A stretch of 27,125 nucleotides of DNA. It comes from Acidimicrobiia bacterium. Lineage in GTDB: Bacteria > Actinomycetota > Acidimicrobiia > Spongiisociales > UBA5794. Under the pieces are notes generated by a model, which saw only the letters and a program-made list of their open reading frames with translations, made no database searches and was not told the DNA's origin. Position numbers and translations under genes: made by a program. Position 1 is the first letter of the stretch; each line of letters begins with the position of its first letter. The stretch spans positions 1-27,125 of the forward strand of contig JAWOGV010000209.1 of the NCBI GenBank assembly GCA_046496605.1. Direction: 5' to 3'. This document shows positions 7,928 to 16,657 of this stretch, in pieces.

Positions 7928-8443
7928 TCAGCTCCCGAGCACGGCCGATCCGCTCGAGGCAAACGGGCCGAGGTATGTGATCCGGAACCCCTCGTCGAGC
8001 CTCGCGAGGTAGTTCGCGCCCACGGTGTCCATCTGCTCCTCGGATGCGTCAGGGTCCGAGACGACGGTGGCCGCCGCGGAGCTGTCGACCACGTGCAAGG
8101 TGGTGACGGGCGGGAAGAGCTCCACGACCTCGAAGATGATGTCGTAGAGGTCGATGTCGGTGAGGCTGTCGTACGAAGAGGGATCGAGGAGGACCGTGAC
8201 CTCGTCACCGAGACCGTCTGTCGGCATTCGAGAGAAGATGCGGTAGATGGGAGCCGACAACTCGTTGACGGGCGGAAGGGTGGTCGTGGTGGCTTGCGTC
8301 GTGGCGGCGACCGTCGTGGATGGGGCGAGTGTCGTGATCGGATCCGTTGCGATCGTCGTTCCGGGACCACCGCTCGACGAACACCCCGAGGCGATGAGTG
8401 CGAGTACGGCGAAACCCACAGCCGAGGGCTGCCATCGGATCAT
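7928..8443 (-). CDS. Putative lipoprotein with Thr-rich linker, unknown function
   Basis: Signal peptide with lipobox IASG-C, then TTIATDPITTLAPSTTVAATTQATTTT and a small globular domain. ATGA overlap with the upstream gene. Confidence 0.8.
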   Translation of the reverse strand: MIRWQPSAVGFAVLALIASGCSSSGGPGTTIATDPITTLAPSTTVAATTQATTTTLPPVNELSAPIYRIFSRMPTDGLGDEVTVLLDPSSYDSLTDIDLYDIIFEVVELFPPVTTLHVVDSSAAATVVSDPDASEEQMDTVGANYLARLDEGFRITYLGPFASSGSAVLGS

Positions 8444-8880
8444 GGGGTGATGCTACCTCCGGCTGATCCGTCGAGACGGTCTTGCCGCCAGGTCTCGTAG
8501 TCGACACCGTCGAGATACGGCACATTGTTCACAACGGGGAACAGGGCGCTGACGCGCTCGAAGGTCGACTCATCGTCGAACCTGGCGAGGAGCTCGAATG
8601 CGAGGTCGAGCTGGGGACGCCATGCCTTGACTCCGAGCGCCATGTCGACCCTCGCCTTCCAGTCCTCGGGTCCACCACCGGATCCCCTGTCGACCCAGAA
8701 GGCGGCGAGCCGTCGCCCTGCCATGAGGCATCGTCTCACATGCCTCGCGAGTACCTTGTCGATCGGGGTTTCGAGCGCCACAGCCTCCGACCAGTCGACA
8801 AACGCCTGCTCGTTCCATTTCCCCGGCTCCATCGAGCACCCCCGGTAGAGGGCGTCGACGGCATCGAGCAATCCGCTCAC
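8440..8880 (-). CDS. Hypothetical protein (146 aa, Trp-rich, helical)
   Basis: 4-nt overlaps with both neighbours (GTGA, ATGA) and protein-like composition. No family recognised. Confidence 0.75.
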   Translation of the reverse strand: MSGLLDAVDALYRGCSMEPGKWNEQAFVDWSEAVALETPIDKVLARHVRRCLMAGRRLAAFWVDRGSGGGPEDWKARVDMALGVKAWRPQLDLAFELLARFDDESTFERVSALFPVVNNVPYLDGVDYETWRQDRLDGSAGGSITP

Positions 8881-9713
8881 CCGGTCTCCCGTTCCACGAG
8901 TTCCCGGAACCCTTCGGCGAGGCGCCTCACGACGGGACCTTGACGAAACACCGCGGTTCCGACGGCGGTGACGGGGAGGACCTGGCGAACCGTCGACATG
9001 ATGAACACCTCGTCGGCGCCGATCAGGTCGCTCCGAACGAAACGATCCTCGCGCACGGGGATGCCTTGGGCGATGGCGACCTCGATGGCCGCCTCACGGG
9101 TGATCGACGCCAGGATGTGGCTGTCGAGGGCCGGTGTGCAGAACGCACCGTCGGAAATCCATCCGATGGAGAACGTCGGTCCCTCGAGCACGACGTCACC
9201 ATCCCCCACCAGCGCAGCATCGTCGAACCCATTGGATCTCGCCTTGATCGTTGCTGCAAGGTTCGGTCCGTACGACAGCGTCTTGGCACCGGTGAGTTCG
9301 GATGAGCGTCCGTCAGCGTGCCATGGAGCATCCAGGAGGTCGAGGCGGACCGATGCGGGGATGTCGGGCAGGGGTTCGAGGAACGCGACGACGACATTGT
9401 CAGTGCCAGGGTGCTTCGCATCGACACCACCCGTGACATACACCCGCAGGACACCGTCGCCGGGGGATGCGACCGTGGTGCACCAGGCCTCGAGGAGCTC
9501 CCTCGGCGGCAACGGGATCAGGAGGTTCGCGGCGCTGCGCTCGAGTCGATCGAGATGGCCACCCAGCCGGAACGGGACCCCGTGGTAGCACCGCATCGCC
9601 TCGAAGCACCCGTACCCGCGCTGGAACCCGATGTCGAAGACACTCACACGCGCGGCGTCGGGATCGTATTCGATACCGTTCATCAGCACCGGACCGAGCA
9701 CGCGGTCGGTCAC
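8877..9713 (-). CDS. PLP-dependent aminotransferase class IV (branched-chain/D-amino acid aminotransferase or PabC-like)
   Basis: DIGFQRGYGCFEAMR, HLDRLERSA, GAKTLSY (PLP Lys), EGPTFSI, LASITR, ADEVFIMSTVRQVLPV. Confidence 0.9.
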   Translation of the reverse strand: MTDRVLGPVLMNGIEYDPDAARVSVFDIGFQRGYGCFEAMRCYHGVPFRLGGHLDRLERSAANLLIPLPPRELLEAWCTTVASPGDGVLRVYVTGGVDAKHPGTDNVVVAFLEPLPDIPASVRLDLLDAPWHADGRSSELTGAKTLSYGPNLAATIKARSNGFDDAALVGDGDVVLEGPTFSIGWISDGAFCTPALDSHILASITREAAIEVAIAQGIPVREDRFVRSDLIGADEVFIMSTVRQVLPVTAVGTAVFRQGPVVRRLAEGFRELVERETG

Positions 9714-11416
9714 GGGCGGAAGCCGTTGGTGAGGGGAAGCCGCCGATCACGACCGAACGCCTTGAGGGTGATCTTGACCCCGGGCGCGGCCTGTCTCCGC
9801 TTGTACTCGTTTCGATCGACCATCGTCGCGATCTCCCTCACGATCTCTTCGTCGATGCCTGCTCGTGAGATATCCGACGCGGTCATGTCGAGCTCGATGT
9901 ACCGGAACAGGATGTCGTCGAGGACCTCGTACGGTGGAAGCGAGTCGACGTCGCGCTGGTCGGGACGGAGCTCGGCCGACGGCTCCTTCTCGATGATCGC
10001 CGTGGGGATCACCTCACCGCGGGTGTTCCGCCAGCGTGCGAGGTCGTAGACCATGGTCTTGTACACGTCCTTGAGCACGGCGAAGCCGCCGTTCATGTCA
10101 CCGTAGAGCGTGGCGTATCCGACCGCCATCTCTGACTTGTTGCCGGTCGCGACGACCATGCCCCCGTGCTTGTTCGAGACCGCCATGAGCACCGTTCCCC
10201 GAATCCTGGACTGGAGGTTCTCCTCGGCGACGTTCGCAGGAGCGTCACCGAAGACCTCGTCGAGGGCGGTGAGGAAGTCGGCGAAGATCTCGTCGATGGG
10301 GATCGTGTCGATCCGGATGCCGAGGCGCTCGGCCAGGTCGATCGAGTCGTCCACCGAACCCTGCGACGAGTAGCGCGACGGCATGGTGATTCCTCGCACC
10401 CCATCCGGTCCGAGCGCATCGACGGCGATCGCTGCGGTGAGTGCGGAGTCGATGCCACCGCTGAGGCCGATGATGACCTCGGAGAACCCATTCTTGGTGA
10501 CGTACCCGTGCAGGCCCGTGCACAGGGCGAGGTAGACCTCCTCGAGATCCTCGAGCTCCTCCGCGATCGCAGGGGAGTCGATCGTGACCACGTGCGATCG
10601 GGCGGATCCGACGTCGATCACGGGGAGCAATGGAGCAGCGTGACCCTCGAGCGTCACATCGACGACGAACAGGTCCTCGAGGAATTCGGGTGACCTGGCG
10701 AGGATCGCACCGTCGGGAGCGATGACGACGGAACCGCCGTCGAATACGAGCTCGTCCTGACCCCCGACGGCGTTCACATACACGACGGCGCAACCGCCCG
10801 CGGTGGCGCGTTCGCGCAACATCGAGAGCCGTTCCGTCCGTTTGAACACGTGATAGGGCGAACCGTTGATGTTCAGCAGGACTTCCGCACCGCCGACGGC
10901 CTGGCCCGTCGGCGGACCGTCCTCGTCCCAGATGTCCTCACAGATCGATACACCGCACAACGCCGATCCGATGGCATGGAGCCTCATCGGCGTCCGACCC
11001 TCGACGAAGTACCTCGCCTCGTCGAACACGCCGTAGTTCGGGAGCAGCACCTTGTGGTAGACGTCGACGATGCGACCCGACGAGACGATCGCGGCTGCGT
11101 TGGCCACACGCCGCCCGCGGGCGTCGTCATCCTTGCGGGCGAACTCGAGGCGGTCGACGAACCCCACCACGACCGCGGTCGCACCCGATGCTGCCGCGAT
11201 GCGCTCGAGGGCGGCGAGGTTCTCGTCGACGAAGCCGTCACGCAGGACCAGATCCTCCGGCGGGTATCCGGAGATCGCGAGCTCCGGAAGGACGAGTACG
11301 TCGGCGTCGTGTTCCTCTGCCCATGCCATCGCGTCCAGGATCCGGGACTCGTTCGCGGCGATATCGCCGACCACGAAGTCGAGCTGCGCTCCGGCAACCC
11401 GCAGCACGCGTGTCAC
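9710..11416 (-). CDS. nadE: Glutamine-dependent NAD+ synthetase
   Basis: Nitrilase domain triad (LPELAISGYPPEDL, YHKVLLPNYGVFDE, ICEDIW) plus synthetase motifs GLSGGIDS, ENLQSRIRG, TGNKSEMAVGYATLYGDM, PSAELRPDQ, EYKRRQAAPG. Confidence 0.98.
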   Translation of the reverse strand: MTRVLRVAGAQLDFVVGDIAANESRILDAMAWAEEHDADVLVLPELAISGYPPEDLVLRDGFVDENLAALERIAAASGATAVVVGFVDRLEFARKDDDARGRRVANAAAIVSSGRIVDVYHKVLLPNYGVFDEARYFVEGRTPMRLHAIGSALCGVSICEDIWDEDGPPTGQAVGGAEVLLNINGSPYHVFKRTERLSMLRERATAGGCAVVYVNAVGGQDELVFDGGSVVIAPDGAILARSPEFLEDLFVVDVTLEGHAAPLLPVIDVGSARSHVVTIDSPAIAEELEDLEEVYLALCTGLHGYVTKNGFSEVIIGLSGGIDSALTAAIAVDALGPDGVRGITMPSRYSSQGSVDDSIDLAERLGIRIDTIPIDEIFADFLTALDEVFGDAPANVAEENLQSRIRGTVLMAVSNKHGGMVVATGNKSEMAVGYATLYGDMNGGFAVLKDVYKTMVYDLARWRNTRGEVIPTAIIEKEPSAELRPDQRDVDSLPPYEVLDDILFRYIELDMTASDISRAGIDEEIVREIATMVDRNEYKRRQAAPGVKITLKAFGRDRRLPLTNGFRP

Positions 11417-12549
11417 AGGCCCTCCGTCGTCTCGACGATGAGATGGTCGACGACGGCACGGAGCGCCTCCTGTTTGGATGCCCCGTCGTCGAGAGCGGCG
11501 TTGTAGGTGCGAAGCTGGCGGTCCGAGCTCGTGCCCTCTGCCGTGATCTGGCGAATGCGCATCACCGAGTCGAGTGATCCGAGCGAGGCTGCGGCGTCGC
11601 CGACGAGTTCGATGAGCTCCTCGGCGAGGTCAGCCATCGCGACCAGCTCTCCGCGCCCGAAGTCGATCAGGGACTCCTCGACACCGTACCGTTGCGCCCG
11701 CCAGCTGTTCTCGGCGATCAGCATTCTCGAGTAGACACGCCACCTCTGGTTGTGCCGACGGCGTTCGTACAGCATGGCGAGCAGTGCCTGGTAGAGCGCA
11801 GCGATCGAGATGGCATCCTCGTACCTGGTGCAGATGTCCGACGACCTCATCTCGAGGGTCGGATACCGCGCCGAAGGGCGGATATCCCACCACAGCTTCG
11901 TGGAATCCTCGATCACGCCGGTCGTCACCAGCACGTCGACGTGGCGCTGATAGTCCGACCAGTCGCTGAAATCATCGGGGATCCCCGTGCGAGGCAGGGC
12001 GCGGAATACGGCGGGACGATAACTCTTGAGTCCCGTGTCGTTGCCGTGCCAGAACGGGCTCGACCCCGACAACGCCAGGATGTGGGGCAGGAAGTACGAC
12101 ACCTGGTTCATGAGGTCGATCCGCAGGTCCTTGTCCGCGATCTCCACGTGCACGTGCATCCCGCAGATGAGCAGCCTGCGCACGACGCCCTGGAGCGCAT
12201 CAGCGAGGAGCCGGTACCTCTCCTTGTCCGTGAACTGTTGGTCGCCCCAGACCGCGAACGGATGCGTGGAAGCCGAGATGATGGCCATGCCGTGTTCCTC
12301 GACGGTGTCCGAGACGAACCTGCGCATGACGGCAAGGTATTCGGCGAGTTCCGTCACGTTTGCGCTGACCGGGGTACCGATCTCGATCTGTGAGCGGAGG
12401 AACTCGGGACTGGTCATCCCGACGGGTGGGGACTCGAGCCTGGTGAGGACGGCTTCCGGGAGGTCCGCCACGAGGTCGCGCGTCGACCGGTCGACGACGA
12501 AGTACTCCTCCTCGACACCGATCGTCAGGCTCGGGCGCTCGGGAATCAT
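11413..12549 (-). CDS. Carboxylate-amine ligase / glutamate-cysteine ligase GCS2 (YbdK-like)
   Basis: TIGVEEEY, SQIEIGTP, CGMHVHV, LSGSSPFW, WWDIRPSARYPTLEMRSSD, ENSWRAQRYG. The start is placed at ATG 12549, 6 nt after GGAGG; 12552 and 12564 are alternatives. Confidence 0.93.
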   Translation of the reverse strand: MIPERPSLTIGVEEEYFVVDRSTRDLVADLPEAVLTRLESPPVGMTSPEFLRSQIEIGTPVSANVTELAEYLAVMRRFVSDTVEEHGMAIISASTHPFAVWGDQQFTDKERYRLLADALQGVVRRLLICGMHVHVEIADKDLRIDLMNQVSYFLPHILALSGSSPFWHGNDTGLKSYRPAVFRALPRTGIPDDFSDWSDYQRHVDVLVTTGVIEDSTKLWWDIRPSARYPTLEMRSSDICTRYEDAISIAALYQALLAMLYERRRHNQRWRVYSRMLIAENSWRAQRYGVEESLIDFGRGELVAMADLAEELIELVGDAAASLGSLDSVMRIRQITAEGTSSDRQLRTYNAALDDGASKQEALRAVVDHLIVETTEGL

Positions 12550-12590
12550 CATCGACCTCCGCATGACAGGCTAGACCATCGAACCGGGCA

Positions 12591-13613
12591 TCACGGAACG
12601 ACGAGGAGGCCCTCCGATTCGAGCGCGAGCTGCAGCGCCCCTTCCTCCCCCGGCCTCACCGACAGGGTGAGGACACCACCGCCGCCGTACGGCGCATGAC
12701 GCATCTGGATATCGCGAATATCGACCCCGGATGCCTCGAAGGCATGCCCGACCTTTGCGAGCTCACCGGGGCGGTCCGCAAGCGCAACGCGAACGTGGGC
12801 AACGGGCGATCCCAATGCGCGGCGCGTGTCACGCGCCGTGGTCAACATGGTGAGGAGGGAGTCGTCCCTGCTCACGATGGCGGCCTCGATCGCCGAGAGA
12901 CGCTCGCGCAGCGCCCCGATGGCGTGGAGAACCGCTTCGTCGTTCGTCTTGAGGATCTCGACCCACCCGAGCGGCTCGGACGCCCCGACCCTCGTCAGAT
13001 CTCGGAAGCTCCCTGCGGCGAGATCGAGGGACGCGTCGTCCGCTGCTGCGGTCGCGAGGAGGGCGCTCGCAACGACCTGGGGGAGGTGGCTGATGAGGGC
13101 GACGGCACGATCGTGCTGAGCTGCTCCCATGAGGATCGGTCTGGCACCGAGGCCCTCGACGACCTCGAGCACCACCGCGCCGGCATCCTCTGGCGCTCCA
13201 TCCACGACGACCCACGAGGCACCGCTGAACAGCGCGGGACTCGCTGCCTCGGGCCCCGACGTCTCGCGGCCCGCCATCGGGTGCGTTCCGACGAAGCGGG
13301 GCAGGTGCCCCGACACCGCCACGACAGCTTCCTTGACGCCCGCGACGTCCATGACCACGGCGTCCGTCGCCAGGGAGGCCACGATCTCGATCGTCGCCTT
13401 TGGTGGTGCTGCAACGACGACGAGGTCCGCGCCATCGATCGCCGAGGCGATCGAGTCGTCATGAGAGTCGATGAGGCCGAGCTGGATCGATCGAGCCGCG
13501 ATGTCAGGGTCGGCATCGTGACCGACGACGTGCCACCCCATCGCACGGAGTCCAGCGGCGATCGATCCGCCGATGAGGCCGACGCCGATGACCGCTGCTC
13601 TCCTCGTCGCCAA
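12591..13613 (-). CDS. tyrA: Prephenate/arogenate dehydrogenase with C-terminal ACT domain
   Basis: VIGVGLIGGSIA, DVAGVK, FVGTHPMAGRE.SG, HDRAVALISHLPQ, AAGSFRDLTRV, and an ACT domain (ADRPGELAKVG). TTG start 7 nt after GAGGAG. The longer 584-aa ORF is a frame extension. Confidence 0.93.
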   Translation of the reverse strand: MATRRAAVIGVGLIGGSIAAGLRAMGWHVVGHDADPDIAARSIQLGLIDSHDDSIASAIDGADLVVVAAPPKATIEIVASLATDAVVMDVAGVKEAVVAVSGHLPRFVGTHPMAGRETSGPEAASPALFSGASWVVVDGAPEDAGAVVLEVVEGLGARPILMGAAQHDRAVALISHLPQVVASALLATAAADDASLDLAAGSFRDLTRVGASEPLGWVEILKTNDEAVLHAIGALRERLSAIEAAIVSRDDSLLTMLTTARDTRRALGSPVAHVRVALADRPGELAKVGHAFEASGVDIRDIQMRHAPYGGGGVLTLSVRPGEEGALQLALESEGLLVVP

Positions 13614-13839
13614 CGAAACGCTCCTCGTGTGTCGCGTAGGGGTCAGGCGGGAGGCTAGGTGTGACCGGACAACAGGTGCGATTCCGGGACCTCGCCGACA
13701 GCCTCGAATCCCTCCACTTCGTGCAAACCATTGCCGACGAACGAACTTGGTGGCGATAATGGCTGCCCACCGCCTCCCCACGATGCGGGCAGGCGCAGGG
13801 CGATCGTCATCGAACGAGGACGCGAGCGCGGAGGACGCG

Positions 13840-14337
13840 ATGCCCACGGATGAACCTCGGATCCGCGCAATTGGAGCGAAGGCGCCAATCCGGGTTCTGG
13901 CCGTCGCTGCGGTCATGCTGAGCGTCATTACCGGGTGCGGTTCGCCGAGCGGAACCACCTCGTCCACGCAGGACAGCACGACGACGACGACAACTGCCGC
14001 ACCCGCGACATCACCACTGATGGGATCCTGGGAACGTACCGGAGGAAACTTCTCGGTCCTGCAGGGGATGATCGTGGAGGTCGACGAGGCGGCTTCCGAG
14101 GGGACGATCACCAAGGTCCCAAGGAACCCCTTCCAGTTCAAGATCGGTGATGTCAAGTGGGGCTCCATCACGGCGGTATCCGGAGGGCGGTTCCGGATCT
14201 TCGACCTCAGCCGCGAGTCCGGCACAGGGACGGCCTCAAAGGTCACCGGCGTCATCACCGTGGTTGACGGGGGGGAGACGCTCGAGATTCGCTTCTCGTC
14301 CACGGGAACCATCCAGATCTGGACACGCGTTCCGTAG
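13840..14337 (+). CDS. Putative lipoprotein, Thr-rich linker plus beta-rich (lipocalin-like) domain
   Basis: GGAGG 5 nt before ATG 13840. Lipobox VITG-C, then STTTTTTAAP, and a GSWERT...WTRVP pattern typical of small beta-barrels. Confidence 0.75.
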   Translation: MPTDEPRIRAIGAKAPIRVLAVAAVMLSVITGCGSPSGTTSSTQDSTTTTTTAAPATSPLMGSWERTGGNFSVLQGMIVEVDEAASEGTITKVPRNPFQFKIGDVKWGSITAVSGGRFRIFDLSRESGTGTASKVTGVITVVDGGETLEIRFSSTGTIQIWTRVP

Positions 14338-14443
14338 GCACGCACCCAGGGCTCCGTTACGAGTCCTCACCGCATCACCCGGTGTTGTCGTCGGTCTCGC
14401 CGGCCCTGAGCTTGCCCACGGAGTTCCTCCTACCCTCGGGCAT

Positions 14444-15379
14444 ATGAAGCGGGTCTTCGTCACCGGTGCCGCGAGTTGGACGGGTGGCCAGCTGGTCAGG
14501 GCGCTTGCCGCTCGACGGGATGTCGAGGTGTTCGCTGTCGACGACGAAGCGCCACGTGTGGCGTTCGACGCCGAGTTCAAGTTGCTGGACCTCGACCGGC
14601 TCGCACTCGCCCGGTACGTCCTCGAGATCGAACCCGACGTGGTCGTCCATCTGCAGTCGGTCCACCGCAGGGCCGAGGAGGGCCACACAACCGGAGCCGA
14701 GGATCGGATCATCGGTGCCTTGGCGTTGTTCGGGGCGATCGAACGGGTCCAGTCCGTCTCCTCCGTGATCGTCAAGTCTGATACGGCCATCTACGGATCG
14801 AATCCCAGGAACCCCTCCGTCGTCGATGAATCGACACGCCCAAGGGGCCGCTCGAGCCGATTCCAGAGGGACCTCGCCGAGATGGAGCGTTTCGTGGCAG
14901 GACTCTCCGACCGCCTCCCCGACGTCGTGTTCACGACGCTGCGCTTCGCACCGATCTTCGGTCCCCGAGTCGCGAACCCGATCAGTCGCTACCTCACCCT
15001 GCCGGTCGTGCCCACGCTCCTGGGCTTCGATCCCCGCCTCCAGTTCACGGATGAACGAGACGCCGTCGCCGCCATCGAGTATTCGCTCGACCATCCGGTG
15101 TCGGGCACGTTCAACGTCGCGGGTGACGGTCAGATGTATCTCTCGCGCGTACTCCGCCTCGGAAGGCGAGCTCCCCAGCCGCTGCCGGGCCGCGTGTTCG
15201 ATACCGCGCTGCGGACCCTCCGCAGAACCGGGCTGGTCATCCCTGACCACCTCTCGGGCCTCCTGAAGCACGGCCGCGTCGCAGACACGACCCTGATGCG
15301 TACCGAGCTCGGCTTCGCTCCCCGCTACACATGTCGCATGACGGTGATGAACACCTATCACCCGGAGATCTCACCATGA
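14444..15379 (+). CDS. NAD-dependent epimerase/dehydratase-fold (atypical SDR), Rv0501/GalE2-like
   Basis: VFVTGAASWTG, AIYGSNPRNPSVVDE, TLRFAPIFGP, LGFDPRLQF, GTFNVAGDG. Leaderless start with TACCCT (14431-14436) 7 nt before ATG. Confidence 0.88.
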   Translation: MKRVFVTGAASWTGGQLVRALAARRDVEVFAVDDEAPRVAFDAEFKLLDLDRLALARYVLEIEPDVVVHLQSVHRRAEEGHTTGAEDRIIGALALFGAIERVQSVSSVIVKSDTAIYGSNPRNPSVVDESTRPRGRSSRFQRDLAEMERFVAGLSDRLPDVVFTTLRFAPIFGPRVANPISRYLTLPVVPTLLGFDPRLQFTDERDAVAAIEYSLDHPVSGTFNVAGDGQMYLSRVLRLGRRAPQPLPGRVFDTALRTLRRTGLVIPDHLSGLLKHGRVADTTLMRTELGFAPRYTCRMTVMNTYHPEISP

Positions 15380-16593
15380 CCGGGGACTTCCGATCGATGA
15401 CGAAGGCAGAGCTCCTCCAACACGCCCGAGCGATCGATCTGAGGGGGAGGTCCTCGATGACGAAGGCCGAGCTCCTCGCCGCCCTGGAGGAGACAGCGAC
15501 AGCCGGGAAGGCGGCTGACCGGGCCGGACACAAGGCGATCGAGATCCCTGAGGGACTCGGATCCCTTTCGCTACCGGGTATCTCAGCAGAGGACCGGGCC
15601 GAGGCCCGCCAGCGCCGATCGGCGCTGAACGACCGGCTCCGCGCCTTCGTGGACCCTGCGACGCACTGCCCGTGGCGGAGCATCGAGGGACACCCCTGCG
15701 GGCTGCCCGTGTCAGTCGGTGCATCCCGGTGCGGTCTCCACGGTGATGGCTCCATTGCCGATCGGGCCTTTCCCCTGACCGGCATCCTCGGGTTCAGCGC
15801 ATGGCCCGCTCTCTGGCGCCACCTCATGCTCGCAACGTACGACGTCGACGCCTTCGGTCTCGATCCCGTCGTGGCCGAGATGGTGTGGCATGTGCTCAAT
15901 GGCCTCTACTACGACTACTTCCGCGTGGAGGTCGACGGGATCGAGAACATCCCGCTGGATGGACCCGCAGTGCTCGTCGCGAACCACGGCGGCGCGGCGC
16001 TCCCCTACGACGCTGCGATGCTGTCGCTCGCCGTCATGAACGAGGCCGAGGTCCCGCGACGCGTGCGCGTCATCGGGACGGAGATCTTCAACATGCTGCC
16101 CTTCGTCTCGCACCTGTACCGGAAGGTCGGTGCAGCCCACGCAACCCGCGAGGATGCTGCCGAGATCCTCAGGCGCGGGCACCTCCTCGGTGTCTTCCCC
16201 GAAGGAGAGCGCGGGTTCATGAAGCCGGTGTGGGAGGCCTATCGCGTCGGGCGCCTCGGACGTGGTGGGTTCGTCGAGATCGCCCAGGACGCCGGCGCGG
16301 TGATCGTCCCCGTAGCGATCATCGGCTCCGAGGAGGTGCATCCAGCCGTGATGACCTCGAAGCTCCTCGCCCGCCTCGTGAGGGTCGTCTTCCCGGAGCA
16401 GCGGGTCGAGGAGATCGCCATCGCACTCAATCCGATCCCCCTCCCGATCCGGTGGAGGATCCGGTTCCTGGAACCCGTACCCGCGGATCGGCCACTCGAT
16501 GCGCTCGACCTCCTCCAACGATCCGAGGACATCCGTCGCTCCATCCAGGAAGCCCTCGACGACATGCTCGCCTCACGTCGCACATCGTTCTGA
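15376..16593 (+). CDS. Lysophospholipid acyltransferase family protein (Rv0502-like) with N-terminal Rho_N-like module and CCCH zinc finger
   Basis: DVDAFGLDP, YFRVEVDGIENIP.DGPAVLVANHGG, LGVFPEGERG, LGRGGFV, IVPVAIIGSEE, PIPLPIRWRIRF. N-terminal MTKAELLQHARAIDLRGRSSMTKAELLAAL and C-x9-C-x10-C-x2-H. ATGA overlap with the SDR gene. Confidence 0.9.
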   Translation: MTGDFRSMTKAELLQHARAIDLRGRSSMTKAELLAALEETATAGKAADRAGHKAIEIPEGLGSLSLPGISAEDRAEARQRRSALNDRLRAFVDPATHCPWRSIEGHPCGLPVSVGASRCGLHGDGSIADRAFPLTGILGFSAWPALWRHLMLATYDVDAFGLDPVVAEMVWHVLNGLYYDYFRVEVDGIENIPLDGPAVLVANHGGAALPYDAAMLSLAVMNEAEVPRRVRVIGTEIFNMLPFVSHLYRKVGAAHATREDAAEILRRGHLLGVFPEGERGFMKPVWEAYRVGRLGRGGFVEIAQDAGAVIVPVAIIGSEEVHPAVMTSKLLARLVRVVFPEQRVEEIAIALNPIPLPIRWRIRFLEPVPADRPLDALDLLQRSEDIRRSIQEALDDMLASRRTSF

Positions 16594-16615
16594 GGTCGTC
16601 TGCTGTCATTGTGCG

Positions 16616-16647
16616 TGCTTGCAATTGCAAGCAATATGCTGTATGAT
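16616..16647 (+). promoter_or_regulatory. Sigma70-type promoter TTGCAA-N17-TATGAT overlapped by an 18-bp perfect palindrome (putative operator)
   Basis: TGCTTGCAATTGCAAGCA at 16616-16633 is its own reverse complement. The -35 is at 16619-16624 and the -10 at 16642-16647, in an AT-rich patch. Confidence 0.75.
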
Positions 16648-16657
16648 GCAATCGACT

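Noticed and set aside
13723-13778. GCAAACCATT...GCCTCC resembling a c-di-GMP-I riboswitch
   Set aside because: It lacks the GNRA tetraloop, the GGGACGCAAAGC junction and the second stem with its receptor.
12591-14345. 584-aa ORF as one long TyrA fusion
   Set aside because: The N-terminal part is antisense to the lipoprotein gene and crosses the intergenic region. A good SD and TTG start sit right before the Rossmann motif at 13613.
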